A stretch of DNA of 37,887 nucleotides from a virus (taxonomy: Duplodnaviria; Caudoviricetes): the IMG/VR virus record IMGVR_UViG_3300017756_000040, positions 1 to 37,887 of that record; one strand, written 5' to 3'. Both the position numbers and the translations under genes were made by a program. The number at the start of each line of letters is the position of its first letter. Position 1 is the stretch's first letter. The notes under the pieces are model-generated. The model saw only the letters and a program-made list of their open reading frames with translations, did not search any database and was not told the DNA's origin. Shown here in pieces: positions 1-9,443 of the stretch.

Positions 1-34
1 CTAAACCAAATGTACGCGTACCTGATGTTGCCAT
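1..34 (-). CDS. 5' end of a virion structural gene (head-tail adaptor-like), runs off the window
   Basis: ATG at 34 gives MATSGTRTFGL, directly after the stop of 36..362; this N-terminus resembles head-completion proteins that follow capsid genes in marine podovirus-like phages. Confidence 0.45.
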   Translation of the reverse strand, partial: MATSGTRTFGL

Positions 35-35
35 A

Positions 36-362
36 TTAAGAAACGTATGCTACAAAAAAGTCACAGTTTGCTAATTCGACATAAGCTCCCGTACTAAATT
101 TAACTCCGTCACTAGGTAATCTTTGGTCAAATGATTCATTTGCTGCACTACCAAATTTAAACTCTACTAACAATTTAGTTCCAGAAGCACTAGTACCATC
201 ATATATTTTTATACTAGCATCAGCCGCACTTGTTTGAGCTTGGATAGACTTAATTCTTACAGAACCTAAGTTTGTGGCACTACCTGCACCACTACCTACA
301 TATCCTTGAAGTTGTCCTGTGCTCGTTAAAGGGACTGTTACTTTTACATCTGATGAATGCAT
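36..362 (-). CDS. putative virion structural protein (108 aa)
   Basis: GGAG SD upstream; G/S/T/A-rich beta-type composition; lies in the structural operon. Confidence 0.6.
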   Translation of the reverse strand: MHSSDVKVTVPLTSTGQLQGYVGSGAGSATNLGSVRIKSIQAQTSAADASIKIYDGTSASGTKLLVEFKFGSAANESFDQRLPSDGVKFSTGAYVELANCDFFVAYVS

Positions 363-379
363 TTTAAGCTCCTAAATTA

Positions 380-886
380 TTATGCGTCAGCAAATGGAGT
401 TACTAAAGTTCCAGAACCTAAAATAATACCTTCTACGGCATATTTAGCAGAAGCTATAGCTGTTACTGTTATAATACTTCCTGCAAGACCACCTTTAGTA
501 GTACCGTTTAAAGTAATAACATCGTTACTCGCTCCAGATATAAAAGTTTTTCCAGTTGCATTATTTACACCTGTGTATAACCCTCCAACGAACTTATCTG
601 TTCCGTCGGTTAATACATCTAAATCAGTAGCTGCTGTTTCTATTACGAAAGTAAAAGTAGCACCTAAGTTATTAGTTTGGTTTGGGTCGTCATCACGTCC
701 AGGAGCTGTTGCTACGATACTGGGTAAAGTGAATTTACCGTCAGCGTCGTTACATAACAAGATTTTACCTGCGTGAGAATCTACTGTTAAAGTTGTGTCA
801 GCTGTTAAACTGACTGCGTTTGCATTTCCTGCGGAAATAAAACCAGCAAGTGACCTTACTGGACCTGAGAATGTTGATTTTGCCAT
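380..886 (-). CDS. putative capsid-associated fibre/decoration protein (168 aa)
   Basis: Strong AAGGAGG SD; MAKSTFSGPVRS N-terminus typical of the protein following the capsid gene in this phage type; T/G/A-rich. Confidence 0.6.
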   Translation of the reverse strand: MAKSTFSGPVRSLAGFISAGNANAVSLTADTTLTVDSHAGKILLCNDADGKFTLPSIVATAPGRDDDPNQTNNLGATFTFVIETAATDLDVLTDGTDKFVGGLYTGVNNATGKTFISGASNDVITLNGTTKGGLAGSIITVTAIASAKYAVEGIILGSGTLVTPFADA

Positions 887-992
887 TTTTCCTCCTTAAA
901 GAAAAATAATCTATAGTCTTGGCATGTCTGCTAGGTCAGTCTATAGAATAAAATTATACCTAGATAAAAGAAAGTCTATCTTGTTTTTGAAC

Positions 993-1023
993 AAAAAGAA
1001 AGGGGGACCGAAGTCCCCCTTCC
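993..1023 (-). terminator. rho-independent terminator after the major capsid gene
   Basis: - strand GAAAGGGGGAC-TTCG-GTCCCCCTTTC-TTTTT: 11-bp stem, cUUCGg loop, U tract. Confidence 0.9.
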
Positions 1024-1039
1024 TATTAATCGTTTAAGA

Positions 1040-1948
1040 TTAAGCTCCTGGTGAGCCGAAGATTCCTCTCCAGTCACTGAAACCAAAACTATAACGTTCT
1101 CTAGCTTTATATCTTACATTACCAGTTTCGAAGTCTCCTTCCATGCTGGTTGAAACTGGAGTTCTAACGAAATGTTTCATTCCGTTTGGAACATCAGTTT
1201 TAATGAAGAAAGCGTCTGTGTCAGTTAGATAATTATTGACAGTGTAGCCACCAGAAATCATTCCTAGATTTCTAATAGCGTTTATGTCATTATCTGAAGT
1301 TCCGACACGACCTTGAGATTCCATTAGTCTGTCTGCTACGAATTGTAGAGCAGGTGGAATTATTAGTCTTACCGCTTGTGCGTTAACCTTCAATCCTCTT
1401 TCGTCTTTAAAATCAGCAATGTCAATCAATGCTTGTTCTAAAGAAGTTTCATTAAGGTCCGCTGCTGTTGCAAGTTCATTTCTCAAATCACCTGCGCCAA
1501 CCGTTGGATGGTCAGTTGCACACAATTCTTTTCCGTCACCACCAACAAAAGAAGAACTAAACGCATTGTTTAATACGTTAGCTGCTTTCACTTGTTTAGT
1601 TGTTGACATTGACCTAGCTAAAGCTCTTGTGTATCTAGAAGAAAGAGTATCGTAGAGATTATCTTCGATAGCTTCTTCTGTCAATGCAAAAGCTAATGCT
1701 ACTGTTTCATGTGTGTAACGACTAGTCCACGCTTCCTGAGCAGTATCATAACTAACAGCTGCACCTTCACCTTTTACGGTTGCTTGACCAAAACCAGAAA
1801 GCATAACTTCTTCTTCGAAAGCTCTATCAGAGTTTTCTGTGTCGAAGATAGCTTCGTGTTGATTTTCATATCGGTCATACTCTAATCCGAAGAGAGCATG
1901 TAGACCAGGAACTAACTCTTTTACGAGTTGGGCTCTATTTATTGCCAT
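1040..1948 (-). CDS. major capsid protein (HK97 fold)
   Basis: 302 aa, MAINRAQLVKELVPGLHALFG...RYKARERYSFGFSDWRGIFGSPGA; GGAGG SD; strong terminator downstream; follows scaffold and portal. Confidence 0.9.
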   Translation of the reverse strand: MAINRAQLVKELVPGLHALFGLEYDRYENQHEAIFDTENSDRAFEEEVMLSGFGQATVKGEGAAVSYDTAQEAWTSRYTHETVALAFALTEEAIEDNLYDTLSSRYTRALARSMSTTKQVKAANVLNNAFSSSFVGGDGKELCATDHPTVGAGDLRNELATAADLNETSLEQALIDIADFKDERGLKVNAQAVRLIIPPALQFVADRLMESQGRVGTSDNDINAIRNLGMISGGYTVNNYLTDTDAFFIKTDVPNGMKHFVRTPVSTSMEGDFETGNVRYKARERYSFGFSDWRGIFGSPGA

Positions 1949-1961
1949 GATGTCCTCCTAA

Positions 1962-2501
1962 TTAGACTGCAAATGTGTTAGTTGGGAAAGTAAAGTAAGC
2001 TCTAGCATTAGCTCCTATTGAGTTGCTTGGTGCTAGATTAAACCCTACACATAAAGCTACACCACTTGAAGTAGTTGCTGTTACACCTTCTTTACTTCTA
2101 CCGTTTAATGTACTACCAGTAGTTGTAGATAAAGTGTATTTACTGCCAATAAAACTTACGGCAGGAGTACCTGCTGTAAATTGAGCTTCATATACAATTC
2201 CAGGGTCATTGTATACAAGAGCTTTAGCGTCAGCACTACCTTGAGTAGCTGTGCTTCCTGTCCATACTTTAGAAAACGTAGGGGTACCGTCCGTTGCTGT
2301 AAATAATACTCCGTAAAAAACACCTACGGGTGTATCAGTGGCTCCTGCTTGTTGAACATAGCCGCTTGATAAAGTTACCACGTCACCGCTAAAAATAGAA
2401 GTGTTATATCCACTAGCTATTCTCATTTCAGCAGGTCTGATAGTACCACCATAAATGTGATATGCGGGAGTAAATCCATTGGGTGCGTCTGTATTTGCCA
2501 T
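1962..2501 (-). CDS. capsid decoration/cement-like protein
   Basis: 179 aa, MANTDAPNGFTP..., IFSGDVV and PVGVFYGV motifs; immediately upstream of the capsid gene. Confidence 0.65.
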   Translation of the reverse strand: MANTDAPNGFTPAYHIYGGTIRPAEMRIASGYNTSIFSGDVVTLSSGYVQQAGATDTPVGVFYGVLFTATDGTPTFSKVWTGSTATQGSADAKALVYNDPGIVYEAQFTAGTPAVSFIGSKYTLSTTTGSTLNGRSKEGVTATTSSGVALCVGFNLAPSNSIGANARAYFTFPTNTFAV

Positions 2502-2529
2502 ATTATTACCTCGTTAAGTTAAATACAAA

Positions 2530-3030
2530 TTAATCACTTTCGGAATTGTTCCTACTACCAAATGCGACTTTAGATGACCTTTGGATATCACTATCTTTTA
2601 AGGGCATTTTAGGGTCGCTTTCTCGCAAGAAGTTTTGGTCGACACCGCTCATAGCGTCTTTTGCTTGACTATTAAAGTAAGCATTACGCTCGTCTGCAGT
2701 TTCGACTGGAACTTTTGCAAGTATTAAACCTCCAACTCCAATTACTCCTTTATTAGCTCCGTTCTCTACAGTAGGTGCTTCGAAATCAGGATAGTCTTCT
2801 GCTCTCACAGGTTCATATCCTTCTCTAATACGTTTAGACATATTAGATTTATCATCACTACCTCTTGTAGATTCACGAATCCACCTGAACTTATATCCAG
2901 GAGGTGCTTCGGGTGCGTCCAACATGGACGGGGGTTGCCAAGGTCTTCTGCGAGTTTGAGTTACTCGTGTCTCTGCAGAACGTGAGTTTCGCTCTGTGGT
3001 GACTTCTGGGTTTTTAATATCATCTGTCAT
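2530..3030 (-). CDS. conserved head-module protein (166 aa)
   Basis: WQPPSMLDAP..PPGYKFRWIR..GGLILAK motifs; between scaffold and decoration genes; GGAG SD. Confidence 0.6.
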   Translation of the reverse strand: MTDDIKNPEVTTERNSRSAETRVTQTRRRPWQPPSMLDAPEAPPGYKFRWIRESTRGSDDKSNMSKRIREGYEPVRAEDYPDFEAPTVENGANKGVIGVGGLILAKVPVETADERNAYFNSQAKDAMSGVDQNFLRESDPKMPLKDSDIQRSSKVAFGSRNNSESD

Positions 3031-3031
3031 T

Positions 3032-3913
3032 TTATACTCCTTTTTCTATATGTTTAGCATATTCTTCAAGCGGAACATTAAGTCTTTTAGCTATTGCTAC
3101 TTGACTCGGTGTCAGCTTGACCTTGCGTGACGCTTTTCTGCCACTAGCACCTCTGCTAGAGGCGGCAACTTGTTGCACGGGTTTAGGTTGCTCTTCTGAA
3201 AACTTGTTTGGATAGATATCTCGCATACCTGAATCTATTTTTTCATAATATTCATTTGATTGCGGGTCGATACCTGAATCCACTAATTCTTTATGTAATC
3301 CAAAAGCAGTAAAAGTCATAGTCTGGTCTTCTCCAAACCATTTATTTTTAGAAGCCCATTCTTCAGCTTTAGGGTCAGGTTGTGCTTGAGGTTGTGAATA
3401 TTGCTGGGGAGCAGTGTATTCTTGAACCTTAGATTCACTTTCTTCTCTAAGCTGTTGTTGTGCAGATAACCTTCTAAAGTTTTCTGCTTCCGCAGCAGCC
3501 CTAGATAAATTTTCTGTAGCGGTTGTAATCGCTTCTGCATTTTGTGCTTCATTTGCTTCTCTGAGCTCAATTTTGGCTCTTTCAAGGTCAGATTGTATCC
3601 TATTTTCATACTCTTTGAAAAGGGATGAGTCCGAACTTTTTAATTTACTTTTTAAATCAGAATTAGCAGTGTTTAAAGATTCTGCAAAAGTGACTGCTTC
3701 ATCTCGCTGTCTTTCTGCTTCTCTCATCTTATAAGTTAGCTTATCAATACGTTTTTGTACTGAATCACTAATAGAATCTAATTCATCTTTAGTTTCTACT
3801 ACTTCTGTTTCTTGTTCAGGCTCGTCTACGATATTATCGTCTACGTCTGCCTCCCTTATGTCAACTTCCCCTTCAGGAAGTTCTAGTTCTATCTTTTCTT
3901 CTTCTTGTTGCAT
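3032..3913 (-). CDS. capsid scaffolding protein
   Basis: 293 aa, acidic N-terminus, long coiled coil, C-terminal VKLTPSQVAIAKRLNVPLEEYAK helix; between portal and capsid genes. Confidence 0.75.
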   Translation of the reverse strand: MQQEEEKIELELPEGEVDIREADVDDNIVDEPEQETEVVETKDELDSISDSVQKRIDKLTYKMREAERQRDEAVTFAESLNTANSDLKSKLKSSDSSLFKEYENRIQSDLERAKIELREANEAQNAEAITTATENLSRAAAEAENFRRLSAQQQLREESESKVQEYTAPQQYSQPQAQPDPKAEEWASKNKWFGEDQTMTFTAFGLHKELVDSGIDPQSNEYYEKIDSGMRDIYPNKFSEEQPKPVQQVAASSRGASGRKASRKVKLTPSQVAIAKRLNVPLEEYAKHIEKGV

Positions 3914-3929
3914 GGTTCCTCCTCCATGA

Positions 3930-4361
3930 TTATGTTGATATTATGTCTTCTGGACTATCAATAACTGCTAAAATTTCGTCATCATTTAATAGTCGCATAT
4001 CGCCACCATCTATTTGAAAACGAGCTCCAGCATATCTACCGAATATAACCCAATCTCCTTCCTTACACCAAGCTCCATCAGGAAATTTTCCTAAGTCGCC
4101 ATAAGCGTCAGGTCCAAGAGATACGACATAACCAACAACGGTTGCTAACCTTTCTTTATCTACAGTCTGTGTAGCTAAATGTATTCCACCTTTAGTCACA
4201 TTAGACATAGTGAAAGGTAATATTAAAATACGATAACCCGTTGGTTTAGGTAATCGCTCTTTATGCGAGTTTAAATTTTCGTGAGTGATTTTTGGTTCCT
4301 GAGAAACAGGAGCTTTATCGCTACCGAAGTTTTCTACTCGGTCGGGAACAGTATTAGTCAT
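3930..4361 (-). CDS. groES: GroES/Cpn10-like co-chaperonin
   Basis: LPKPTGYRILI..TKGGIHL..VVSLGPDAY..KEGDWVIFGRYAG..LLNDDEILAVI; start reassigned to ATG 4361, which has GGAGG 6 nt upstream. Confidence 0.88.
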   Translation of the reverse strand: MTNTVPDRVENFGSDKAPVSQEPKITHENLNSHKERLPKPTGYRILILPFTMSNVTKGGIHLATQTVDKERLATVVGYVVSLGPDAYGDLGKFPDGAWCKEGDWVIFGRYAGARFQIDGGDMRLLNDDEILAVIDSPEDIIST

Positions 4362-4551
4362 TGACATCCTCCATATTAGAATGTAGGTCTTGAATTTCCT
4401 GTTCAATGAAATTCAATCCTGCGATTTGCCCTACTATCATCTGGTATTGATTAAAATCTTCAACACCTCCAACAGCAAGTGTCTGCGAAAGAGATTCGCG
4501 TCTCTCTCGCACCTTACGGAGTAAATACTCCGTACCTATTATAAAATCCAT
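4354..4551 (-). CDS. small conserved hypothetical protein (65 aa)
   Basis: Overlaps the GroES start; helical, with a Y..IVGQIAGL motif. Confidence 0.65.
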   Translation of the reverse strand: MDFIIGTEYLLRKVRERRESLSQTLAVGGVEDFNQYQMIVGQIAGLNFIEQEIQDLHSNMEDVND

Positions 4552-4554
4552 TAA

Positions 4555-4692
4555 TTACTTAATGTATCTATAAAACTTATTTCCTTTGGTTGCTGCGCCT
4601 GAGCCTTTTATTTGTATTTCCTCACCCACAACTTTCCCTTCGGAATCAGTAATCAACTTTGGTTGTTTTACTTCTTTTATCTTCTTTTCCAT
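4555..4692 (-). CDS. 45-aa small protein with a GSGAATKG motif (below the ORF-track cut-off)
   Basis: Read manually: MEKKIKEVKQPKLITDSEGKVVGEEIQIKGSGAATKGNKFYRYIK*; fills the gap between the portal and 65-aa genes. Confidence 0.65.
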   Translation of the reverse strand: MEKKIKEVKQPKLITDSEGKVVGEEIQIKGSGAATKGNKFYRYIK

Positions 4693-4738
4693 AATTTATG
4701 TATTATATGTTAATAGTTTGATTTTTTACTAGTCTTTT

Positions 4739-7144
4739 TTATTTATCTAAATCTTTTAAAACCTTTACTGTATCTATAAAATCTTTATCTAAGTCTTTAT
4801 TAGTTTGTGCTTCTAGTTTTTGAATATCTAAAGCAGTTCTAGTATCTAACTTTTCTAATTCTACATTTGCAGTTAATTGAGCTTTAGCTAACTCTACTTC
4901 TTTATCTCGTATATCTTCATTTTCTTTTTGAGCTAATTGTTGTTTTTCTAAGTCTAATTGTTTCTCAAACATTTCTCTTTGTGGGTCTGCTTGTGCTCTA
5001 GCTTGTGCTTCTGCCATAGCTTGTGCCTGACCTGTTACTACTTGTGTTGCTTGAGCTGCCGCTACTGCTATTTCATTCATAACCTCTGGGGACATTTCTT
5101 CTCCAACAGGTGGTAGCTCTCTACCTAACGCTTGTTGTATTTGTTGTCTATAAAGCATAGCTTGTCTTTCTTGTATATTAGCTCCTATAACTTGTGAAGC
5201 TGTAGGATTTTGAGCAACCATTGGGTTTTGTAAAAAAGCACTATGTGCCGCTATATACGCTTCCTGGTTTTGAAAATCAAACGCTTTTATAGGATTACCT
5301 GTTAGTGCTGCTTGTTGTTCACTAATCGGGTCTCTCGGTGGTAGTTCTTCTACCTCAGGTAATAACGCTTCTATGTTTTTTACGTTTAATGCTAAATACA
5401 TTTTACGATACGCTTCTCGTAAGTCATGTAATTCAGGTGCTGATTGTGCTAATTGTAATTGTGTTTGTGCTAATGTAATTCTTTGTGTAGTACTGAAGAT
5501 ATTAGGGTCACTGACAGGAATAATATCTACACTATCATCAAAATCTTGTTTAAAAACTGTAGAAGAAGCACCTTGTACTTCATAAGGGTACTCATCTGGT
5601 AAATATTCACCAAATATTCTTTTTAAGATTTTAAATTCAGTTTTTTGAGCATAATGTAATCTTTTATGTATTGCAGACATAATACGTTGCCCTTTTTCTA
5701 AAAGAGCTACGGTTGTACCTACGGGTGCTTCGGAATTTCCGTCTCCAGTCGGATTTTCTATAGTAGAAGCGAATTGTTTTCCAGAAGTTACCAAAGCACC
5801 TAATAAATTAGCTAAAGTTCCCGAAGGTTCTTTATATGGTAACGTCATAAACGAATCTGTTAGTCTACCACCAGGAGCGTCAACATCCCGCCATTCTCCA
5901 GGTTGTAAAGGGTCATCATGTCTTTGAATATTTAGTCCTCTGGATTTAAAACCTGCGGGTAAATTAGATAAAGTTCCTGCGTCTATTAATTGTCTTAATA
6001 TTGCAGTAACAGATTTAGTTAATCCACCCATCATGTGTATAAGTCCGAAACCATAAAAACCTAATCCTGGAAGAAACTTGTAATGTGTAAAATGTTCTAT
6101 CTTTTTACGCATTGGGTCTTCTTTATCGTAGTTCGCTCTTATAGATAAAACTTTATTCATATCTTTACAGATAGTTACTATGTACGGTAACGCTAATCCT
6201 GTTGGTTCACCGTTTTTATCCGTGTCTTCGTAACCTTCTATATCTAAATCAACATGAACTTCTAATAAAGTGTATTCTTCTTCACTAATCGTTTTACTAA
6301 TACCTTGTATTTCGTCAATTTTATCATCTACCTCATTAGAGCCTACATCTGCTCCTGGATTTCCTAAATCCATGTCTTTATAAAAGCCAGAAAGTTGTAA
6401 TTTACGTAATTCGTTCTCAGTCATGTTAATTACGTGAGTAATTCTTGGACTTGTGAGTAAATCTACTGCGTAATACGGTACAACAAGGTCTTCAGCCTTA
6501 ATAAACCTAGCCGAAGCACGTCCTAAAGACGGGTCATAGTAAATTTTCTTAAAAGCAGAGCCTGAAAGTGGTAAATAAAACAATAATTGGTCCATTTCTG
6601 GGTCGTATTCTTCCATTCGGCACGTAATTTGATAATTCATAAAGTTTTTTACTCTATTTCCTCTGGAAACTTTAGCGTCATCCGTTTTTCCTAAAATTTC
6701 TACGTCTACAGGACCTCCTGCGGGAAGTAATTCTTTATATGCTTGTGCTTGAAACTGTGTAACAGCTTCTGCTAGTATTGGATGATGAACTCCAGACGCT
6801 CCAACGAAAGGTTCTGACCTATCTTCTCCATTTATTCCTAATAAATCAAGTCCTTTTGTAAAGGTTTGAAACCAATCATCTCTAGATTCTAAATCTTCTT
6901 CAAAAAGTGCTGTTAATTCTGAAGCTATTTCATTTAATTCTCTTTCGTCTAATGTTTCTGCTATATTTTCACCGAACTCAATTCTACTTTGTTCCTCAAA
7001 TTCTTCAGCGTCTAAAAAAGAACCATCTTCTTGTACTAAAAAAGTTTTGCTGCCGTCTGGCTCACCTAAATTTTGTTCTAATTCTATCTCGATAGGAGTT
7101 TCATCTTCCATTGATGAATCTAAAGGGGATTTTTCAATAGCCAT
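4739..7144 (-). CDS. portal protein (P22-like with long C-terminal barrel)
   Basis: 801 aa; HPILAEAVTQFQAQAYKELLP, LPLSGSAFKKIYYD, GFYGFGLIH and RQLIDAGTLSNLP motifs; Q-rich coiled-coil C-terminus; follows TerL. Confidence 0.9.
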   Translation of the reverse strand: MAIEKSPLDSSMEDETPIEIELEQNLGEPDGSKTFLVQEDGSFLDAEEFEEQSRIEFGENIAETLDERELNEIASELTALFEEDLESRDDWFQTFTKGLDLLGINGEDRSEPFVGASGVHHPILAEAVTQFQAQAYKELLPAGGPVDVEILGKTDDAKVSRGNRVKNFMNYQITCRMEEYDPEMDQLLFYLPLSGSAFKKIYYDPSLGRASARFIKAEDLVVPYYAVDLLTSPRITHVINMTENELRKLQLSGFYKDMDLGNPGADVGSNEVDDKIDEIQGISKTISEEEYTLLEVHVDLDIEGYEDTDKNGEPTGLALPYIVTICKDMNKVLSIRANYDKEDPMRKKIEHFTHYKFLPGLGFYGFGLIHMMGGLTKSVTAILRQLIDAGTLSNLPAGFKSRGLNIQRHDDPLQPGEWRDVDAPGGRLTDSFMTLPYKEPSGTLANLLGALVTSGKQFASTIENPTGDGNSEAPVGTTVALLEKGQRIMSAIHKRLHYAQKTEFKILKRIFGEYLPDEYPYEVQGASSTVFKQDFDDSVDIIPVSDPNIFSTTQRITLAQTQLQLAQSAPELHDLREAYRKMYLALNVKNIEALLPEVEELPPRDPISEQQAALTGNPIKAFDFQNQEAYIAAHSAFLQNPMVAQNPTASQVIGANIQERQAMLYRQQIQQALGRELPPVGEEMSPEVMNEIAVAAAQATQVVTGQAQAMAEAQARAQADPQREMFEKQLDLEKQQLAQKENEDIRDKEVELAKAQLTANVELEKLDTRTALDIQKLEAQTNKDLDKDFIDTVKVLKDLDK

Positions 7145-7170
7145 AGTCCGAAATGATAATCTTTATTTAC

Positions 7171-8700
7171 TTAATAATAAACCCTTGAAGTAGGAAAGTA
7201 ATCTTCATCATCACGATAGTCACTTGATAATTTTAAAAACCCGCCTTCTCTAAATCTTGCAAGTGCTAAAGTTGTTGCGTCTACTAAGTCATCATTTTCA
7301 CCTGCTGGAAAATCACTAACTTCTTCCATAACTTCTTCTCCAAACCTATTATCAGGAATCCAAACCCTGCCGTCTTGAAAAATAGGTGATACAGAATTTA
7401 ATCTTGCAATTTTATCTTGACCTTTTCCTGGAGAAAATGTATTTACAGGAATACCTACACGTCTAAGTTCTTGTACTAACGGTATGCCTGATGCTTTTGC
7501 TTCAATAATAACAGTATCAGGTTGCCAATATTCGTATAAACGTAACGCTTCGTTTTTTAATTCTGGAAAATCAAATCTTTCTTTTATACAATCTACTAAA
7601 ATTAAATGGGCTTCATCGCCTGAATAAGTTTCTTCACCTATTTTACCTTCTGGATAAAAAACTCCCCACGTTGTTATAGCTGTAAAGTCAGACCTTTCGC
7701 TTTTTAGAAATGCAGTATCGTAACTTTGTATTAAATAATCACATTTAGGTGGTTTCAATTCTTCCCAAACATTGAACCATTCTTTAGGGATTATAGAAAT
7801 ACCTTCTCCCGTAGGTCTTTGCATATATTGTGCCGCCCATTTAGAAGGGCTTACTGAAGCTTTTATACCCTCAAGTTCTTCTAATTTCCAAAACTCTTTC
7901 CATAATGGTTTTCCTGAAGGTAAAATCGCAGGAAACTCAATAACTTCCCATTGGTCAGCTCCTTTTTCTTGTGCCATTTTTTTAATTAATCTACCTGTTA
8001 GGTCTTTTTTATTCCAACGGGTCATAACTATTACTATTGCACCTCCAGGTTGTAACCTTTGTCGCGGTCCAGACATATACCATTCGTATGCTTCTTCTAA
8101 TGCTTTATCAGACATAGCGTCTTGTTCCGAATGTGGGTCATCAATAATAAACAAATCAGCTCCCCTTCCTGCTAAAGCACCTCCGATACCTGCGGCATAA
8201 TATTCACCGCCTTTATTAGTAAGCCATTTTCCTGCACTTCTACTATCTGCTTTTAATTCTGTTTCAGGAAAAAGTTCAGCATAATCTTCTCCGTCAATTA
8301 AGTCTCTTACTTTTCTACCAAAATTTACCGCAAGGTCAGCGGTGTGGGTTGCTTCAATAATTTTTAATTTAGGATTTTTACCTAATAAATAAGCTGGGAA
8401 TAAATGCGAAGCGAATTCAGATTTAGTATGTCTAGGAGGCATATTAATAATTAATCTTTTTAATTTACCCGTAGCGATATCATCAAATGCTTTTGCCATT
8501 TTTACATGGTGGTCACCAGAAATAAAATCTTTCCAAATAGATTTTACAAAACCTAAAAAGTTTTTTGTAGAATTTTCTTGATGTTCTCTTTTACCTAATT
8601 GTTCTAAAAGCAGTGTAAATTCTTTTGCTTCTGTTGTAGAAAAATTAGAAATATCAATTTCTTTTAAAGCCTCAAGTCTTTCTGTAAAATTTTCAGACAA
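7171..8700 (-). CDS. terL: terminase large subunit
   Basis: Walker A-like NMPPRHTKS, Walker B LFIIDDPH, coupling motif VMTRW, RNase H-like nuclease (QSYDTA, IIEAKASG, NDDLVDA). Confidence 0.95.
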   Translation of the reverse strand: MSENFTERLEALKEIDISNFSTTEAKEFTLLLEQLGKREHQENSTKNFLGFVKSIWKDFISGDHHVKMAKAFDDIATGKLKRLIINMPPRHTKSEFASHLFPAYLLGKNPKLKIIEATHTADLAVNFGRKVRDLIDGEDYAELFPETELKADSRSAGKWLTNKGGEYYAAGIGGALAGRGADLFIIDDPHSEQDAMSDKALEEAYEWYMSGPRQRLQPGGAIVIVMTRWNKKDLTGRLIKKMAQEKGADQWEVIEFPAILPSGKPLWKEFWKLEELEGIKASVSPSKWAAQYMQRPTGEGISIIPKEWFNVWEELKPPKCDYLIQSYDTAFLKSERSDFTAITTWGVFYPEGKIGEETYSGDEAHLILVDCIKERFDFPELKNEALRLYEYWQPDTVIIEAKASGIPLVQELRRVGIPVNTFSPGKGQDKIARLNSVSPIFQDGRVWIPDNRFGEEVMEEVSDFPAGENDDLVDATTLALARFREGGFLKLSSDYRDDEDYFPTSRVYY

Positions 8701-8701
8701 A

Positions 8702-8884
8702 CTACTTGCCTACTTTTTTCATCGCAATTTTATGCGATTGTCCAAAAGTTTTACCTGCTTTCATCAATTTTCTCATCTCAGTCATGTGTTTAGACGTATG
8801 ATGTTTTTGATGTCTCTTTAAAGTATCTTTTTGTCTTTGCGTAAGTTGTTTTACTTTACTACGCTTTTTTCTTTTTTCTGACAA
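8702..8884 (-). CDS. small basic protein (60 aa, K/R/H-rich)
   Basis: ORF coupled to its neighbours; highly basic. Confidence 0.7.
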   Translation of the reverse strand: MSEKRKKRSKVKQLTQRQKDTLKRHQKHHTSKHMTEMRKLMKAGKTFGQSHKIAMKKVGK

Positions 8885-9059
8885 TTTTCTTTTTAGCGGT
8901 TTTAGCGGAACGTTTAAAATCTGCAGCTGTAGGTGCTCCTTTAGCTCCTTTTTTACGAGGCTTTCTACCCTCTTTACGTTTCTTATTTATATTATAGTAA
9001 AGACCTTTTTTAGCTGTCCTACCATCCTTAGTTTTATGTGTTTTCTTCTTAGAAGGCAT
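8859..9059 (-). CDS. small basic protein (66 aa)
   Basis: GGAG SD; KKGLYYNINKKRK..KGAPTAADFKRSAKT; extremely Lys-rich. Confidence 0.75.
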   Translation of the reverse strand: MPSKKKTHKTKDGRTAKKGLYYNINKKRKEGRKPRKKGAKGAPTAADFKRSAKTAKKKIVRKKKKA

Positions 9060-9126
9060 TTTAATCTCCGTTCTTTATTTTAATATGTTTAAGTTTATAA
9101 GTTTTATTTTGTTTCGTAAATATGTT

Positions 9127-9423
9127 TTAACACTTCCACCTTCGTCTTGCTTGTCTTAATCTCGAATTAGGATTTTTTGCTGCCTTCGGAAATTTTTTCA
9201 TTTGTCCTGCCGAACGTGCACAATATGACTTTCTTCTTTTAGCGGCTTTACTACCTTTTTTAACTTTACCTGTAACAGCAGTTTTTAATTTACTTCCAGG
9301 ATTTTTCTTTCTATACGCTTTAACACCTTTAGCCGTCATTCCCGCACCAGATTTAGTGGGGCGGTAATTAGCTCCTTTACCTTTAGTGGTTCTTCTAATT
9401 GATTTTTCTTTTTTCCTTGGCAT
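9127..9423 (-). CDS. small basic protein (98 aa, DUF6321-like)
   Basis: GMTAKGVKAYR..PGSKLK..RRKSYCARSAG..NSRLRQARRRWKC, a pattern common in marine phages. Confidence 0.75.
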   Translation of the reverse strand: MPRKKEKSIRRTTKGKGANYRPTKSGAGMTAKGVKAYRKKNPGSKLKTAVTGKVKKGSKAAKRRKSYCARSAGQMKKFPKAAKNPNSRLRQARRRWKC

Positions 9424-9443
9424 AGCTGTTTTATTCTATAATA

